Positions 10,601 through 20,040 of a stretch of 64,000 nt of DNA are shown here, in pieces (the first letter of the stretch is position 1; each line of letters starts with the position of its first letter). A program made the position numbers and the translations under genes. The notes beneath the pieces are model-generated. The model did not search any database. It was not told the origin of the DNA and saw nothing but the letters and a program-made list of their open reading frames with translations. The stretch is from Candidatus Poribacteria bacterium (GTDB taxonomy: Bacteria > Poribacteria > WGA-4E > PCPOR2b), in the NCBI GenBank assembly GCA_965218095.1, contig OZ244587.1:3616001-3680000 (forward strand), written 5' to 3'.

Positions 10601-11707
10601 TGGACGGGTGGTTTGAATGGGGTTCAACCCGGCAGTTTGGACGGAGTTCAACCCCGTTCAAACTTCGTCCCAATCTGGCATCACGAAGCTTGGGAAACGC
10701 CGCGTCTGTTTCTGAATGATCTGAATCAGGATGGCTTCAATGAGCTTTACTTCAATAATCAAGAAAATCTCCTCACATTCGAGCACACGCTCGCTCGCAA
10801 TCCAAACAGCGTTGCAAGCATTCAGCCGTATGGCCTATCTGCCAACCCGATTAACGTGCGTGCAATTCGGTTGGATTGGGAGATGCCAAACGGCGCAGTA
10901 TCCTTTACTGTATACCGGTCAATCGGAGCGCCAGATGAAGCGCAATCTGATTTTGAAGTGGTTGCTGAAGATCTGGATCGCTCTGGCTTTTTTGACCGAA
11001 AGGTCACGAAGGATACAACCTACTGGTATGCTGTTTCTGCGAAGAATGAATCAGGAGCTGAATCGGATCGATCAGCGCCCGTTTCAGTCACACCCCGGAC
11101 CCCGCCCAAACTGATTGCCGCTGAGTACATCCAATCGAACCAGGTGACGGTTATTTATGACAAACAGATGGGCTCTTCGGTGGGCAATCCGAGACTCTAT
11201 CTGTTACGCGAGCCGAAGCAACTCGTGGGCGTCAATCCAGTGTCTGCGATTCGCGATCGGATGGGCACGCGAGCAATCCTCACTTTCCAGGTGGGCGATC
11301 TGATTCCTGGCCGCACCTATGAGATTACCGTTTCAGGTGTACGGGACATCGATCGGAACCCAATCGATCTGCTACAGACAACTCAGGCATTTGATGTGCT
11401 CCCCGAAGCAGATCTCGGCGATCTGAAGGATTTTACACACGCAAGGGTCTACCCGAATCCTGTTCGTCCGAAAGAGTTTCATAAGAGTGCTGTCACGTTT
11501 GATCGTCTTCCTACCGGCACAACCATTGAGATTTATAATCCGAACGGGGAGCTCCTTGAAAAATTGGCCGTAACAGCATCCAATCCAGGGCGGACAGAAT
11601 GGCTGCTTCTGAGCAACGGGACAATGGAAGTGACGAGCGGTATCTACATCTATGTGATGGAGTTTGAGAACCTGAAAAAGATTGGCAAGATTGCAGTGAT
11701 TAAATGA
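7640..11707 (+). CDS. Secreted S8 subtilase with FG-GAP repeats, Fn3/Ig domains and a T9SS-like C-terminal domain
   Basis: Signal peptide; catalytic AIVDTG, GHGTHVAG and GTSMAT; DxDGDG repeats; VYPNP...SGIYIY tail. Confidence 0.9.
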   Translation: MSHRSILVTLHLFTLVSWICILIYPPSTAIGAQNESRLSTNDIPKFAPGELLIRVTPRAQADLERLHAEAPLQKLHNQMGVRSIYRVFRHIAHPESNPNLERIYLLRFQIPTDLHALKAAYAAHPLIEVAEFNYLRQTQVTQSGIPQGGTAEIIPDDPRFEDQWNLSLINMPRAWEFEKGDPDVIIAIVDTGFDYTHEDLASKTWVNVDEIPDNGIDDDNNGYIDDVRGWDFSKAPNGDGNSDFQNGDNDPIDESGHGTHVAGIAGAAVDNGVGVAGIAWKCTLMPIRGAGTEGIQDDDSSAAIVYAVDNDARVINISWGSSRRSFVIRDVVDYAYARGVLMVAAAGNASEDEASFPAGYREVIAVAATEQHKRKFYQSNFGASIDIGAPGNVILSTQINNRYRLLSGTSMATAHVSGVAGLIISKRPSLTHEEVRQILISTADVITESPELVGAGHLNAERALMASSSLQARILSPETNSGGSNEIEIIGTAGGFKFDTWRLLYGASTVPGTLQPINTPGRRQKVNETLLVWDTSRVPEGIYTIRLEVSGVDEKVMHDEVVVSVDRTPPQVRNVKVQNQISGGSFATVLTWSTDDFTINTLSQRAREGLAPFTPIEESSASREHIFSLSVDTGSYDLFITSRNVAGLETVDDNGGKFYRAEVISGSISPNGFVSANDLSALPPMHIATVAADFDRDGQLEIVGTPLSDDAAAGIEIYERTASGAYQLRHTGTMAFKPSAVDDTDGDGLLEILGSTRERVFLIESVTRNGYPEKIIWESSFIASGQIADLDGDGRKEIVGPDNFNDRIRIFENRGNDIYDEVLVIKNETAGSNVFGKQFAIGDFDGNGVVELMVGNSEGELFTYESVGDDLLIETWRAKIDLENAHQLAAGDLTGDGIPEFVVGGTVSEEDLPSLAPYWEYSVFTAFPPTGTLPQTGRNGVSSFKSIWSQEIAPFRSKGNSVAIADVDGDLQNELVILANPSVYVFEWTGGLNGVQPGSLDGVQPRSNFVPIWHHEAWETPRLFLNDLNQDGFNELYFNNQENLLTFEHTLARNPNSVASIQPYGLSANPINVRAIRLDWEMPNGAVSFTVYRSIGAPDEAQSDFEVVAEDLDRSGFFDRKVTKDTTYWYAVSAKNESGAESDRSAPVSVTPRTPPKLIAAEYIQSNQVTVIYDKQMGSSVGNPRLYLLREPKQLVGVNPVSAIRDRMGTRAILTFQVGDLIPGRTYEITVSGVRDIDRNPIDLLQTTQAFDVLPEADLGDLKDFTHARVYPNPVRPKEFHKSAVTFDRLPTGTTIEIYNPNGELLEKLAVTASNPGRTEWLLLSNGTMEVTSGIYIYVMEFENLKKIGKIAVIK

Positions 11708-11966
11708 GAATGGTATACTAATGAAGACTTGTATATTGCGTAAAACACAATGCATGAAATTAGGAAAATGGAGTTGCCGTAATGTGTATTGAACTTTACG
11801 AAATCGAACATGAAACAACAGCTTGCCATTTTCCTCATTGGAGTGTGCTGTTTTCTGGTTGCCTGTGATGGTAAGAAGATTTCGACCTAATGTGACCTTT
11901 AGAAACAGAATATTTGCAGTGTAATTTACAAAGTCTGATATTCACTATCTGACAAAGAAAATTTCT

Positions 11967-14207
11967 ATGAAGTCTGAATTGATAGGCTATACGGATAAGT
12001 TCAGTGTCGCACCCGGCGAACAAATCCGCTTCATGGTCAGCACGGACTCGCCGACTTATGAGGCAACGATCATCCGTCTGATTCATGCCGATGAGAATCC
12101 GAATGGACCCGGTTTTAAAGAAGAGGTGATTGATACGCCGGTAAACTGCCAGTACACCGGACGCAAGCAGATTGCCTATGCCGGATCTTTTGTTCTTGTA
12201 GAGAACTGTCCGGTGCTTGGACAGTTGAACAGCCTCACCCTCCAGGCCTGGATTTATCCAACGACACCCCAAAAAGGGAAACCTCAGGGGCTGTTGACAA
12301 AGTGGTCGGCGACTGACGAGGTGGGTTATGGCCTCTACATTGGCGAGGGTGGTGACTTGGGGCTGTGGATAGGGGATGGTACCGGGGACATTGAGCGAGT
12401 CCATAGCGGCAAAGCCCTCCGAGCGCATCAATGGTATTTCGTTGCTGCGACCTGCGATACGGAGAATCAAGAGGCTTGTCTCTATCAAGTACCCCTGTCA
12501 AACTGGCGGTTGGACACTTCATCAGTTGTTCTTGAAAAGGTTATTCAGACCCAGAGGCCAGGTCGTAATGAAGCCCCGCTGTTGATCGCTGCGGCTTATG
12601 GTGAAACCATCGGGCCCCATCGGGTGGTAGGCAGAGGTCTATATAACGGTAAGATCGATAACCCGCGGATCTTTGCCCGCGCGCTCAGGCGAACCGAAAT
12701 TGAACGACTGAAACAGGGAGTCTCCCCAGAAGACATAGAAGGAGACGATCTGGTTGCAGCGTGGGATTTCGCAGCCGATGTTGCTTCAGCGAAGGTGGCC
12801 GATCTGGGCCGACATCAATTGCACGGTGTGGCGGTTAACATGCCGGCCCGGGCAGTGACGGGGCATGATTGGAAGGGGGATGAATTTGACTATAAGCACG
12901 TGCTGGGTGAATATGGCGCGATTTATTTCCACGATGACGACCTCGAGGATGGGCGCTGGGAAGCCGACTTTGAGTTGGAGGTTTCAAATCAGTTGAAAAG
13001 TGGTGCTTACGCTGCCCGACTCACTTCAGGATCTCAGGAAGATTACATCCCATTTTTTGTTCGTCCCAGTAGAGGGAGGCCCAGCGCCCCTATCCTTTTT
13101 CTCGTCCCAACGATGACGTATTTGGCCTACGCCAATGAGCGCATGGAATCCCTGTCAGACCATGAGTCGGGGGTGACCGATAGGCAAATCACGCCGGATA
13201 CACTTGATCTTTACCTAGCTGAACACCCTGAATTCGCCATGTCGCTTTACGACCACCATACAGACGGGAGTGGGTGCATTTACTCGTCACGGCTGCGACC
13301 CATTGTCAATATGCGTCCAAAGTATCGGATGTGGCTCGTGGGGGCGCCCCGACATCTAGGGGCCGATCTCTACTTAGTTGATTGGCTAGAGGAGAAGGGC
13401 TTCGCGTATGATGTCGTCACCGATGAGGACGTGCACTTTGAGAGACAAGACCTTCTGGCAGACTACCGGGTGGTTATGACTGGCACCCACCCGGAGTATT
13501 GGACGGCGCCGATGCTGGCTGCCGTTGAGGGCTATCTATCTGACGGCGGCAAGGTCATGTATTTGGGCGGCAATGGATTTTATTGGGTGACGAGCGTAGA
13601 CCCTAAGCGACCTCACATTGTTGAGGTCCGGCGGGGCATCGCTGGCACACGGGCCTGGGATTCTGCACCGGGTGAGTGCTATCACAGTACAACAGGTGAG
13701 TTGGGAGGGCTGTGGCGGCACCGGGGTAAAACACCGAACCGGCTTGTCGGCGTGGGTTTTGGGGCGATGGGTTGGGCTGCACCCGCCCCCGGCTATGTAC
13801 GGAAACCTGACAGCTTTGATGAGCGCGCCGCGTTTATCTTTGATGGAATCGCTGAAGATGAAATCATTGGTAATTTTGGCCTAGTGCTCGAAGGCGCCGC
13901 TGGGGACGAGTTGGATCGGATAGACTACAGTCTGGGAACACCTCCTCACGCACTTTTGCTTGCCTCCTCAACCAGTCACGGCAAGTCTGTTCTGCCGGTC
14001 ATGGAGGATTATACTCAGATTAGTACGGCGCTAATGACGGGTGAGACCGCTAATGTCCGGGCCGATATGGTCTATTTCGAGATAGCAAACGATGGGGCGG
14101 TTTTTTCGGTCGGATCGATCTGTTGGTGCGGCAGCTTATCGCACAATCACTATGATAACAACGTATCGCGAATTACGGAGAATGTACTCAGAAGATTCTT
14201 GACGTAG
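11967..14207 (+). CDS. N,N-dimethylformamidase large (beta) subunit family protein
   Basis: GYTDKFSVAPGE start, LamG-like insert, AIYFHDDDL, TYLAYANE, HPEYWT, YLGGNGFYW and GAVFSVGSI motifs. Confidence 0.9.
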   Translation: MKSELIGYTDKFSVAPGEQIRFMVSTDSPTYEATIIRLIHADENPNGPGFKEEVIDTPVNCQYTGRKQIAYAGSFVLVENCPVLGQLNSLTLQAWIYPTTPQKGKPQGLLTKWSATDEVGYGLYIGEGGDLGLWIGDGTGDIERVHSGKALRAHQWYFVAATCDTENQEACLYQVPLSNWRLDTSSVVLEKVIQTQRPGRNEAPLLIAAAYGETIGPHRVVGRGLYNGKIDNPRIFARALRRTEIERLKQGVSPEDIEGDDLVAAWDFAADVASAKVADLGRHQLHGVAVNMPARAVTGHDWKGDEFDYKHVLGEYGAIYFHDDDLEDGRWEADFELEVSNQLKSGAYAARLTSGSQEDYIPFFVRPSRGRPSAPILFLVPTMTYLAYANERMESLSDHESGVTDRQITPDTLDLYLAEHPEFAMSLYDHHTDGSGCIYSSRLRPIVNMRPKYRMWLVGAPRHLGADLYLVDWLEEKGFAYDVVTDEDVHFERQDLLADYRVVMTGTHPEYWTAPMLAAVEGYLSDGGKVMYLGGNGFYWVTSVDPKRPHIVEVRRGIAGTRAWDSAPGECYHSTTGELGGLWRHRGKTPNRLVGVGFGAMGWAAPAPGYVRKPDSFDERAAFIFDGIAEDEIIGNFGLVLEGAAGDELDRIDYSLGTPPHALLLASSTSHGKSVLPVMEDYTQISTALMTGETANVRADMVYFEIANDGAVFSVGSICWCGSLSHNHYDNNVSRITENVLRRFLT

Positions 14208-14274
14208 TCCGGGGGCGCGGCGCCGCTACAAAATCGGATTATAAAGCAGCTCCAGTTCACCTGCTTCTGCTGCC

Positions 14275-14590
14275 TTGAAATCCGCAGTCATTCCCGGCTG
14301 GGGACAACTCTCGAACGACCGCTTGTCTAGCTACATTTTTCTCGCCGCCGGCGTAGCTTCGCTCGCTGGCTTGATTGGAAGGTCGGCTTCCCTATCCAGC
14401 GCAGAGGATGACCTTCGGAATGCGAGAGATAAGGTAACTGTAGCAAAAAGGGCGGCTGCCGTTAAGCAGCGAACACTCCTCGAACTTAAAAGGGAGCAGA
14501 GAGGTGCCCAAGAAAAAATTGACGACTCACTGAAGCCCTGGCGTAACCGTTCAGGTGGTAAAACGAAACAGGTGGTTTCCCTCAATGCTA
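14275..14590 (+). pseudogene. Membrane protein fragment (DUF5683-like start)
   Basis: SAVIPGWGQ followed by a hydrophobic helix; no clean start or end. Confidence 0.4.
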
Positions 14591-14711
14591 GGTATTTCGC
14601 GGTTCAACTCCCCCTTCGACTACCATTTGAGTGGACATCGGAACCCGCCAGCTGTCATATCGTCCCCGCGTTGGATGGCCGCTGTACACTATCTGTGATA
14701 CCCCTAAGTTG

Positions 14712-15761
14712 TCAAAAGCCTAACGTTGCTGCGATGCCATACGCCTGGGCCAAAGATTTGAGACGACCCCATGTGGTATCCTCAATAAAGATGCCTTCCT
14801 GCAACTTCTGCTGGGTCCGCAAATGCTCTAACTCGCCAGGATAGAAGACTTCCGTGAAGCCAGCCGCCGGTAGACAACGCTTCAGATAGCGAGCGAATTC
14901 GGTGGCCTCTTTCTTGAAGTCGGCAATTGGACGGAAGGCATCAACGTTGAAAGCCGCCATGAAACAGCCGTCGTTGTGACGGCCTTCCGGATCATGGCCA
15001 AAGCCCAGGCCAGTAAGGATGCCCGAAAAAATCTCGACCATCACCGATAGCCCGTAGCCCTTGTGTCCCTCCGGGCCACCCAGTGGGAGCATGACGCCGC
15101 CTCGTCCCAGGTCCGCCGGGTCTGTAGTTGGGTTGCCCTCCTTATCGAGAATCCAGCCTTCCGGAATCTCGGCGCTACGCGCGAGTGCTACACCGATTTT
15201 GCCACCGGCAACAGCGCTGGTCGCCATATCGATGAACAGGGTTCCCTCCAGATTACTGGGTACTGCGATGCAGATAGGATTGGTCCCCAGACGTGCTTCT
15301 CGACCGCCGAACGGCGCCACCGATTTGCTGGTGCGTCCGGAATCGGCAGTCATCAAACCAATCAGATCCGCCTGGGCTGCCATGATGGGATAGTCAGCCA
15401 CCCGCCCGACGTGGCCCTGCCGGTACACCGTAGTGGCCGCCACGCCGTGTTGTCTGGCTTTGTCGATAGTGATCTGCATGGCCTGTTCAGAGACCACGTA
15501 GCCAAATCCCCAGTGGCCATCAATGACCGTGGTGATGCTGGTTTCGCGGACCACCTCAAAGGGTGCGCCCGGCACGTTGTCGCCTTGTTTGATCCGCTCG
15601 ATGTAGGTGGGAATGGCCATAATGCCGTGCGAGTCGTGGCCAGCCAGATTGGCGCCGACAGCGTGCCGGGAGATAATGTCCGCCTCCTCCGCACTGGCGC
15701 CGGTACTCTGGAGGAGTTGGGAGGCAATTTCTCTCAATTGATCGGCTGGAATGGTTGGCAT
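14712..15761 (-). CDS. Ldh_2 family (malate/L-lactate dehydrogenase-like) oxidoreductase
   Basis: GHDSHG, GHVGR, LGTNP, DMATS, HKGYGL and PGELE motifs. Confidence 0.9.
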   Translation of the reverse strand: MPTIPADQLREIASQLLQSTGASAEEADIISRHAVGANLAGHDSHGIMAIPTYIERIKQGDNVPGAPFEVVRETSITTVIDGHWGFGYVVSEQAMQITIDKARQHGVAATTVYRQGHVGRVADYPIMAAQADLIGLMTADSGRTSKSVAPFGGREARLGTNPICIAVPSNLEGTLFIDMATSAVAGGKIGVALARSAEIPEGWILDKEGNPTTDPADLGRGGVMLPLGGPEGHKGYGLSVMVEIFSGILTGLGFGHDPEGRHNDGCFMAAFNVDAFRPIADFKKEATEFARYLKRCLPAAGFTEVFYPGELEHLRTQQKLQEGIFIEDTTWGRLKSLAQAYGIAATLGF

Positions 15762-15799
15762 AGTATCCTCCTGATACTGTCAGCCAGGCTGTGCCTGTC

Positions 15800-16308
15800 T
15801 GAGAAATCTCCTTCGCTGTCGCCAGAACCGCGAAAATCGATTTTGCTGTCACGCAATTGTATCGGTCTGACACTTGTAAACAGCGTCGAAGCAATTTTGC
15901 TATTGGTAAGGTGCAGTTGTCCGTTTTTATCGACAAGGCTCTGGCCAATCATGCACGTCAGCGTGCTGCCATTGATGGACAGAATCTGTCTGCCTGACCC
16001 TCCACCTAATGTGAGGCTCATAATCGTGGCATCTTGATTCAGCATTATCGTATAACTTCCATCAAGTATAATGGTAACGAAGTCCTAATCATCTGGTAGC
16101 GTGCGGGATCTCCAGTTGTCCGGGTTTTCCCAGGCGCCGCCGTTGGGGTTAATCCAGAATACAGAGTCGTTGCTGTGGCCGAGATGATTAACCGTACCTT
16201 CGGCTAAAATGGTTACGTTCAACAATATGAACGTGGTTTTTATTTTCGCAAGGGTTCTCGTGGGAAGTCGCCTCTTTTTGACCTGATTTGCCTTCGACAT
16301 ATGAGACA
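15800..16308 (-). pseudogene. N-terminal remnant of a large extracellular protein
   Basis: FWINPNGGAWENPDNW motif; in-frame TAG at 16085; continues as SLTLGGGSGRQILSI and is truncated. Confidence 0.5.
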
Positions 16309-17132
16309 TTATTCCGTAGGCGAAACCGACTTGACGCAACGAAAACCATGGTTATATGCGAGGCCGTTGCCAAAGTAACGGCGAGATGCACAGCTAAACC
16401 ATTCGACTCCGAGTCCATAATGCCCTCCATGCACGATACGTGAAAAAGGACTGGTAGGATTCCGTTTTGGTGAGTTTTGATAGTAATCTGGATGATACCA
16501 ATCAGCACACTACTCACCGACATTTCCCATCATATCGTAGAGTCCATAGCTATTTTCAGGCGGATAGCTGCCAACGGGAGTTGCTTGGCGGACGTTATGA
16601 CCGTAATTTGCCCGCTCCGGGTTAATTGAATCTCCCCATGGATATCTCTTTCCTTCCAAACCGCCCCGCACTGCCTTTTCCCACTCCGCTTCGGTGGGAA
16701 GCCGTTTTTCTGCCCACTCGCAGTAGTCCCGCGCCGATTTCCAAGAAATACCGACAACCGGGTGGTTGAATCTGGGCTTATCATAAAACTCAGCCGGTTT
16801 CCGATGTCCACTCGCCTCAACGAACTTTTGGTACTGTGCATTCGTCACTTCGTAGACATCCATATAGAACGCATCCACATAAACGGTGTGGACAGGCTGT
16901 TCATCTTTAAAATACCCCTTCTCACGATTTGGATTTTCATCTGCATCTTCCCAGCGATTACCCATCTGAAACTCGCTGGCAGGGATTAGTACCATTGACC
17001 AACAATGCGTTGTGGAACCTCCTTTTCTGACAGTTCTACTGTTTTTTCAGCGCCAAAGACGGTCGACGCCAAACTGAAAAGATACAGAGCAATTCCCACA
17101 AGACTATATTTCATGAGGCGTATAGCTTTCAT
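16309..17132 (-). pseudogene. FGE-sulfatase (SUMF1/EgtB) domain protein, disrupted
   Basis: Signal peptide, frameshift near 16995, RLPTEAEWE and GLYDMMGNVGE*CADW (TAG at the conserved Trp), ending GFRCVK...*. Confidence 0.85.
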
Positions 17133-17156
17133 AGAAATTAACCTAACAATACCTTC

Positions 17157-19391
17157 TCATCGTTTCGGCGGAGCTGGTTCCGTAAAGAGCCAGCCGCCCT
17201 CCTCCCGCCGACTCTCGGGTGCGCTTCCATCTTCCTGCAAAGCCTCCTGAAGCCTGTCGGCAAGATAACTATTCCGCTCAGCAACTTTGTTATTCCGAAT
17301 CGCCATGCCGAGCGCCTTCTTCGTCCCGACAAGGACAACCAACTCCTTCGCCCGTGTGATGCCGGTGTAGAGAAGATTGCGCTGCAGCATTAGATAGTGT
17401 TGGGTCATCAGCGGCACAACGACAGCGGAATACTCGCTGCCCTGCGCCTTATGGACGGTGATGCCGTAAGCCAGCACCAGTTCGTTCAAATCCGCCATAT
17501 CGAAAGCGACGATCTTTTCGGGGAATTGGATGATGACCTGTTTTTCGATGAAGTCTACATCGGTGATGCGTCCGATGTCGCCGTTAAAAACCTCGTAGTC
17601 GTAGTTGTTCCGAACCTGCATTACTTTATCGCCGACGTGAAAGTTGCGTCCACCGCGGATCGCCCCTTCCGAATCCCCGTTGAGTATCTCCTGCAGCCGT
17701 TTGTTGAAATTCTCCACCCCGACCGTGCCACGCCGCATCGGGCAGAGGACCTGAATGTCATCCATCGGGTGATAGCCGTAGTGTTTCGGCAAACGCCGGC
17801 TCACGAGGTCACATATTATGTCGGCCGCCCCATCCGGGTCTTCTTCCTCAATGAAGAAAAAGTCGCGATCTGATGGCCCCGTGATTTGTGGAAATTCGCC
17901 GCGGTTGACGCGATGCGCGTTCATGACGATGAGGCTTTGCTGGGCCTGGCGGAAGATCTCTGTCAATGTTACAACCGTGATCTCTTCCGAAGCGATGAGG
18001 TCTTTCAAGACATTCCCCGCACCAACCGATGGAAGCTGATCCACATCACCAACCATAATCAGGGTTGCATTTCGTGGCACGGCTTTCATGAAGCTGTTCA
18101 TCAATACTAGATCGACCATTGACATCTCGTCGATGATGACCACATCCGCTTCCAGTGGATTATCCCAATCCCGTTTGAAACCGTTTTCCTGTGGCGAGAA
18201 TTCTAGCAGGCGGTGGATGGTTTTGGCTTCACGTCCCGTCGTCTCGCTGAGGCGTTTCGCTGCCCGCCCCGTCGGTGCCCCTAACAGTACCCTTTTTTCA
18301 AGCTCCTCAAACAGGCGAATCATGCCAATGGTCGTCGTTGTTTTTCCTGTGCCTGGTCCGCCTGTTAAGATCATTACCCTGGAAGTCAACGCGGTTTTGA
18401 TGGCTTCCCGCTGATTGGCGGCAAAATGGATGCCCATCTGTTTTTCAAGTCGGTCAATTGACGCATCCACAAAACCCAGTTGCGCCGGATCGGTCTCGGT
18501 TTTCAATAGCCTTGAAAGTGCATGGGTCACGCCAATTTCTGTGTAGTAGAATGGCGCAAGGTAAATCGCCTCCCCATCCGGTGTGCTTTCGGAAACGAGT
18601 TCCTCTTTGGCAATCAATTCTGCAATACCTTCCTCAATGGCGTCAGGCGGCAGATCTAAAATCTCTTGACACGCGGCAAGCAACTCGTGGCGATACAGGA
18701 AGACGTGACCATCATCAGCTTTATGGCTCAAAACATACTTGATACCTGCCGTGACCCGATGGGGAGATTCCTGATCTATGCCGAGATTCTGCGCGATCGT
18801 ATCCGCTGTTTTGAAGCCAATCCCGTAGATGTCGTCTGCGAGGCGGTAGGGATTCTCTCGAACGATCGGGATGGACTCGCTTTCGTAGGTCTTATAAATC
18901 TTGACCGCATGGGTGGTGCTGACGTTATTGGACTGAAGAAAAAGCATCACGTTCTTGATCTCTTTTTGCGCTTCCCACGCCATCTTGATCATTTCGATGC
19001 GCTTCCTGCCAATCCCCGGAACACCCTTCAGCTTTGCCGGGGTTTGTTCGATGACCTCCATCGTGTCTAAGCCGAACTTATTGACAATTCGCCCTGCCAT
19101 CACCGGACCAATGCCTTTGATCATCCCAGAACCCAGATACTTCCGCAATCCAACGATGGTCGCAGGCAGCACCGTCTCATACCTCTCAATCTTGAACTGC
19201 CTGCCGTACTGCGGGTTGTTGACCCACCACCCTTTGAGTGCGAGGCTCTCGCCGGCGTTGGCGGAGACGAGATCTCCGACGACCGTAATCAGTTCATTCG
19301 GGTAGTCGCGCGAAGTCAATCGTGCGATGGTGTAGCCCGTTTCTGGGTTTTCAAAAACGATGCGTTCGAGAATGCCTGTAAGTGTTTCCAT
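17157..19391 (-). CDS. recD2: ATP-dependent RecD-like helicase RecD2
   Basis: HhH repeats; GGPGTGKT, IIDEMSM, GDVDQLPSVG and TVHKAQGSEY motifs. Confidence 0.95.
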   Translation of the reverse strand: METLTGILERIVFENPETGYTIARLTSRDYPNELITVVGDLVSANAGESLALKGWWVNNPQYGRQFKIERYETVLPATIVGLRKYLGSGMIKGIGPVMAGRIVNKFGLDTMEVIEQTPAKLKGVPGIGRKRIEMIKMAWEAQKEIKNVMLFLQSNNVSTTHAVKIYKTYESESIPIVRENPYRLADDIYGIGFKTADTIAQNLGIDQESPHRVTAGIKYVLSHKADDGHVFLYRHELLAACQEILDLPPDAIEEGIAELIAKEELVSESTPDGEAIYLAPFYYTEIGVTHALSRLLKTETDPAQLGFVDASIDRLEKQMGIHFAANQREAIKTALTSRVMILTGGPGTGKTTTTIGMIRLFEELEKRVLLGAPTGRAAKRLSETTGREAKTIHRLLEFSPQENGFKRDWDNPLEADVVIIDEMSMVDLVLMNSFMKAVPRNATLIMVGDVDQLPSVGAGNVLKDLIASEEITVVTLTEIFRQAQQSLIVMNAHRVNRGEFPQITGPSDRDFFFIEEEDPDGAADIICDLVSRRLPKHYGYHPMDDIQVLCPMRRGTVGVENFNKRLQEILNGDSEGAIRGGRNFHVGDKVMQVRNNYDYEVFNGDIGRITDVDFIEKQVIIQFPEKIVAFDMADLNELVLAYGITVHKAQGSEYSAVVVPLMTQHYLMLQRNLLYTGITRAKELVVLVGTKKALGMAIRNNKVAERNSYLADRLQEALQEDGSAPESRREEGGWLFTEPAPPKR

Positions 19392-19519
19392 AGTAGATTG
19401 AAGATTGATTGCGGATTAACCCACTCTTTTTGATCGTGGGCTTGCCTTTAATCCGCAACCCCTCGTCAGTGAGTTGTGTAGCGTGGGATATGTGCCAAAG
19501 CCGTTGCGGTTCCAATGGG

Positions 19520-20040
19520 ATAGAGTCGAACTTGTCGATTCATGGTTTCGCAACCCGCATAGATCAGAAAATGCAAAAACGCTGAAGCCCCCGTTGATTT
19601 GATAATACCAGTGACTTCAATGAACTGCGGTGGTAATTCCTGTATTCCAAATAAACCCAAAATGGGGTTGATGTTCATCAATAATAGAATGGCGCAAAGC
19701 CTCCATATCAGAAACATGGTAAGACATACCGAACAGACACCAATGATTTTTCCAAGCAGTAATTGATGGGGCTTGATAGCAGAGATAATCACTTCCACAA
19801 TGTGGGTGGTTTTCTCTTCAAGCACGCTTCTCATCACCGAAGCGCCGTATAACAACGTAAAAAAATATAAGGAAAAGACCAGGACGTAGGTCAGTTCTAA
19901 CTTAACCATGGTTGTTTCTTCGCCCTCGACTCTGTCTGTTTTTGCGGTAACGGCATACTCCTTAAAGCGTATCCGTCGCATCAAGTCTCTGACTTCATGT
20001 GCAGCGTACCCTTTATCTGCAAGCCGCTTGTTGATGACGA
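19520..20040 (-). pseudogene. Internal fragment of an ABC-2/NatB-like permease
   Basis: YGASVMRSVLEEKTTHIVEVIISAIKP...LLGKIIG motif; both ends are missing. Confidence 0.75.

Noticed and set aside
16309-16520. DGR variable region in the FGE/CLec-fold gene
   Set aside because: No template repeat or reverse transcriptase in the window; the four-helix-bundle remnant is 17 kb away.
2330-19391. Prophage or ICE suggested by radC and recD2
   Set aside because: Both are full-length housekeeping types; no integrase, structural or conjugation genes.
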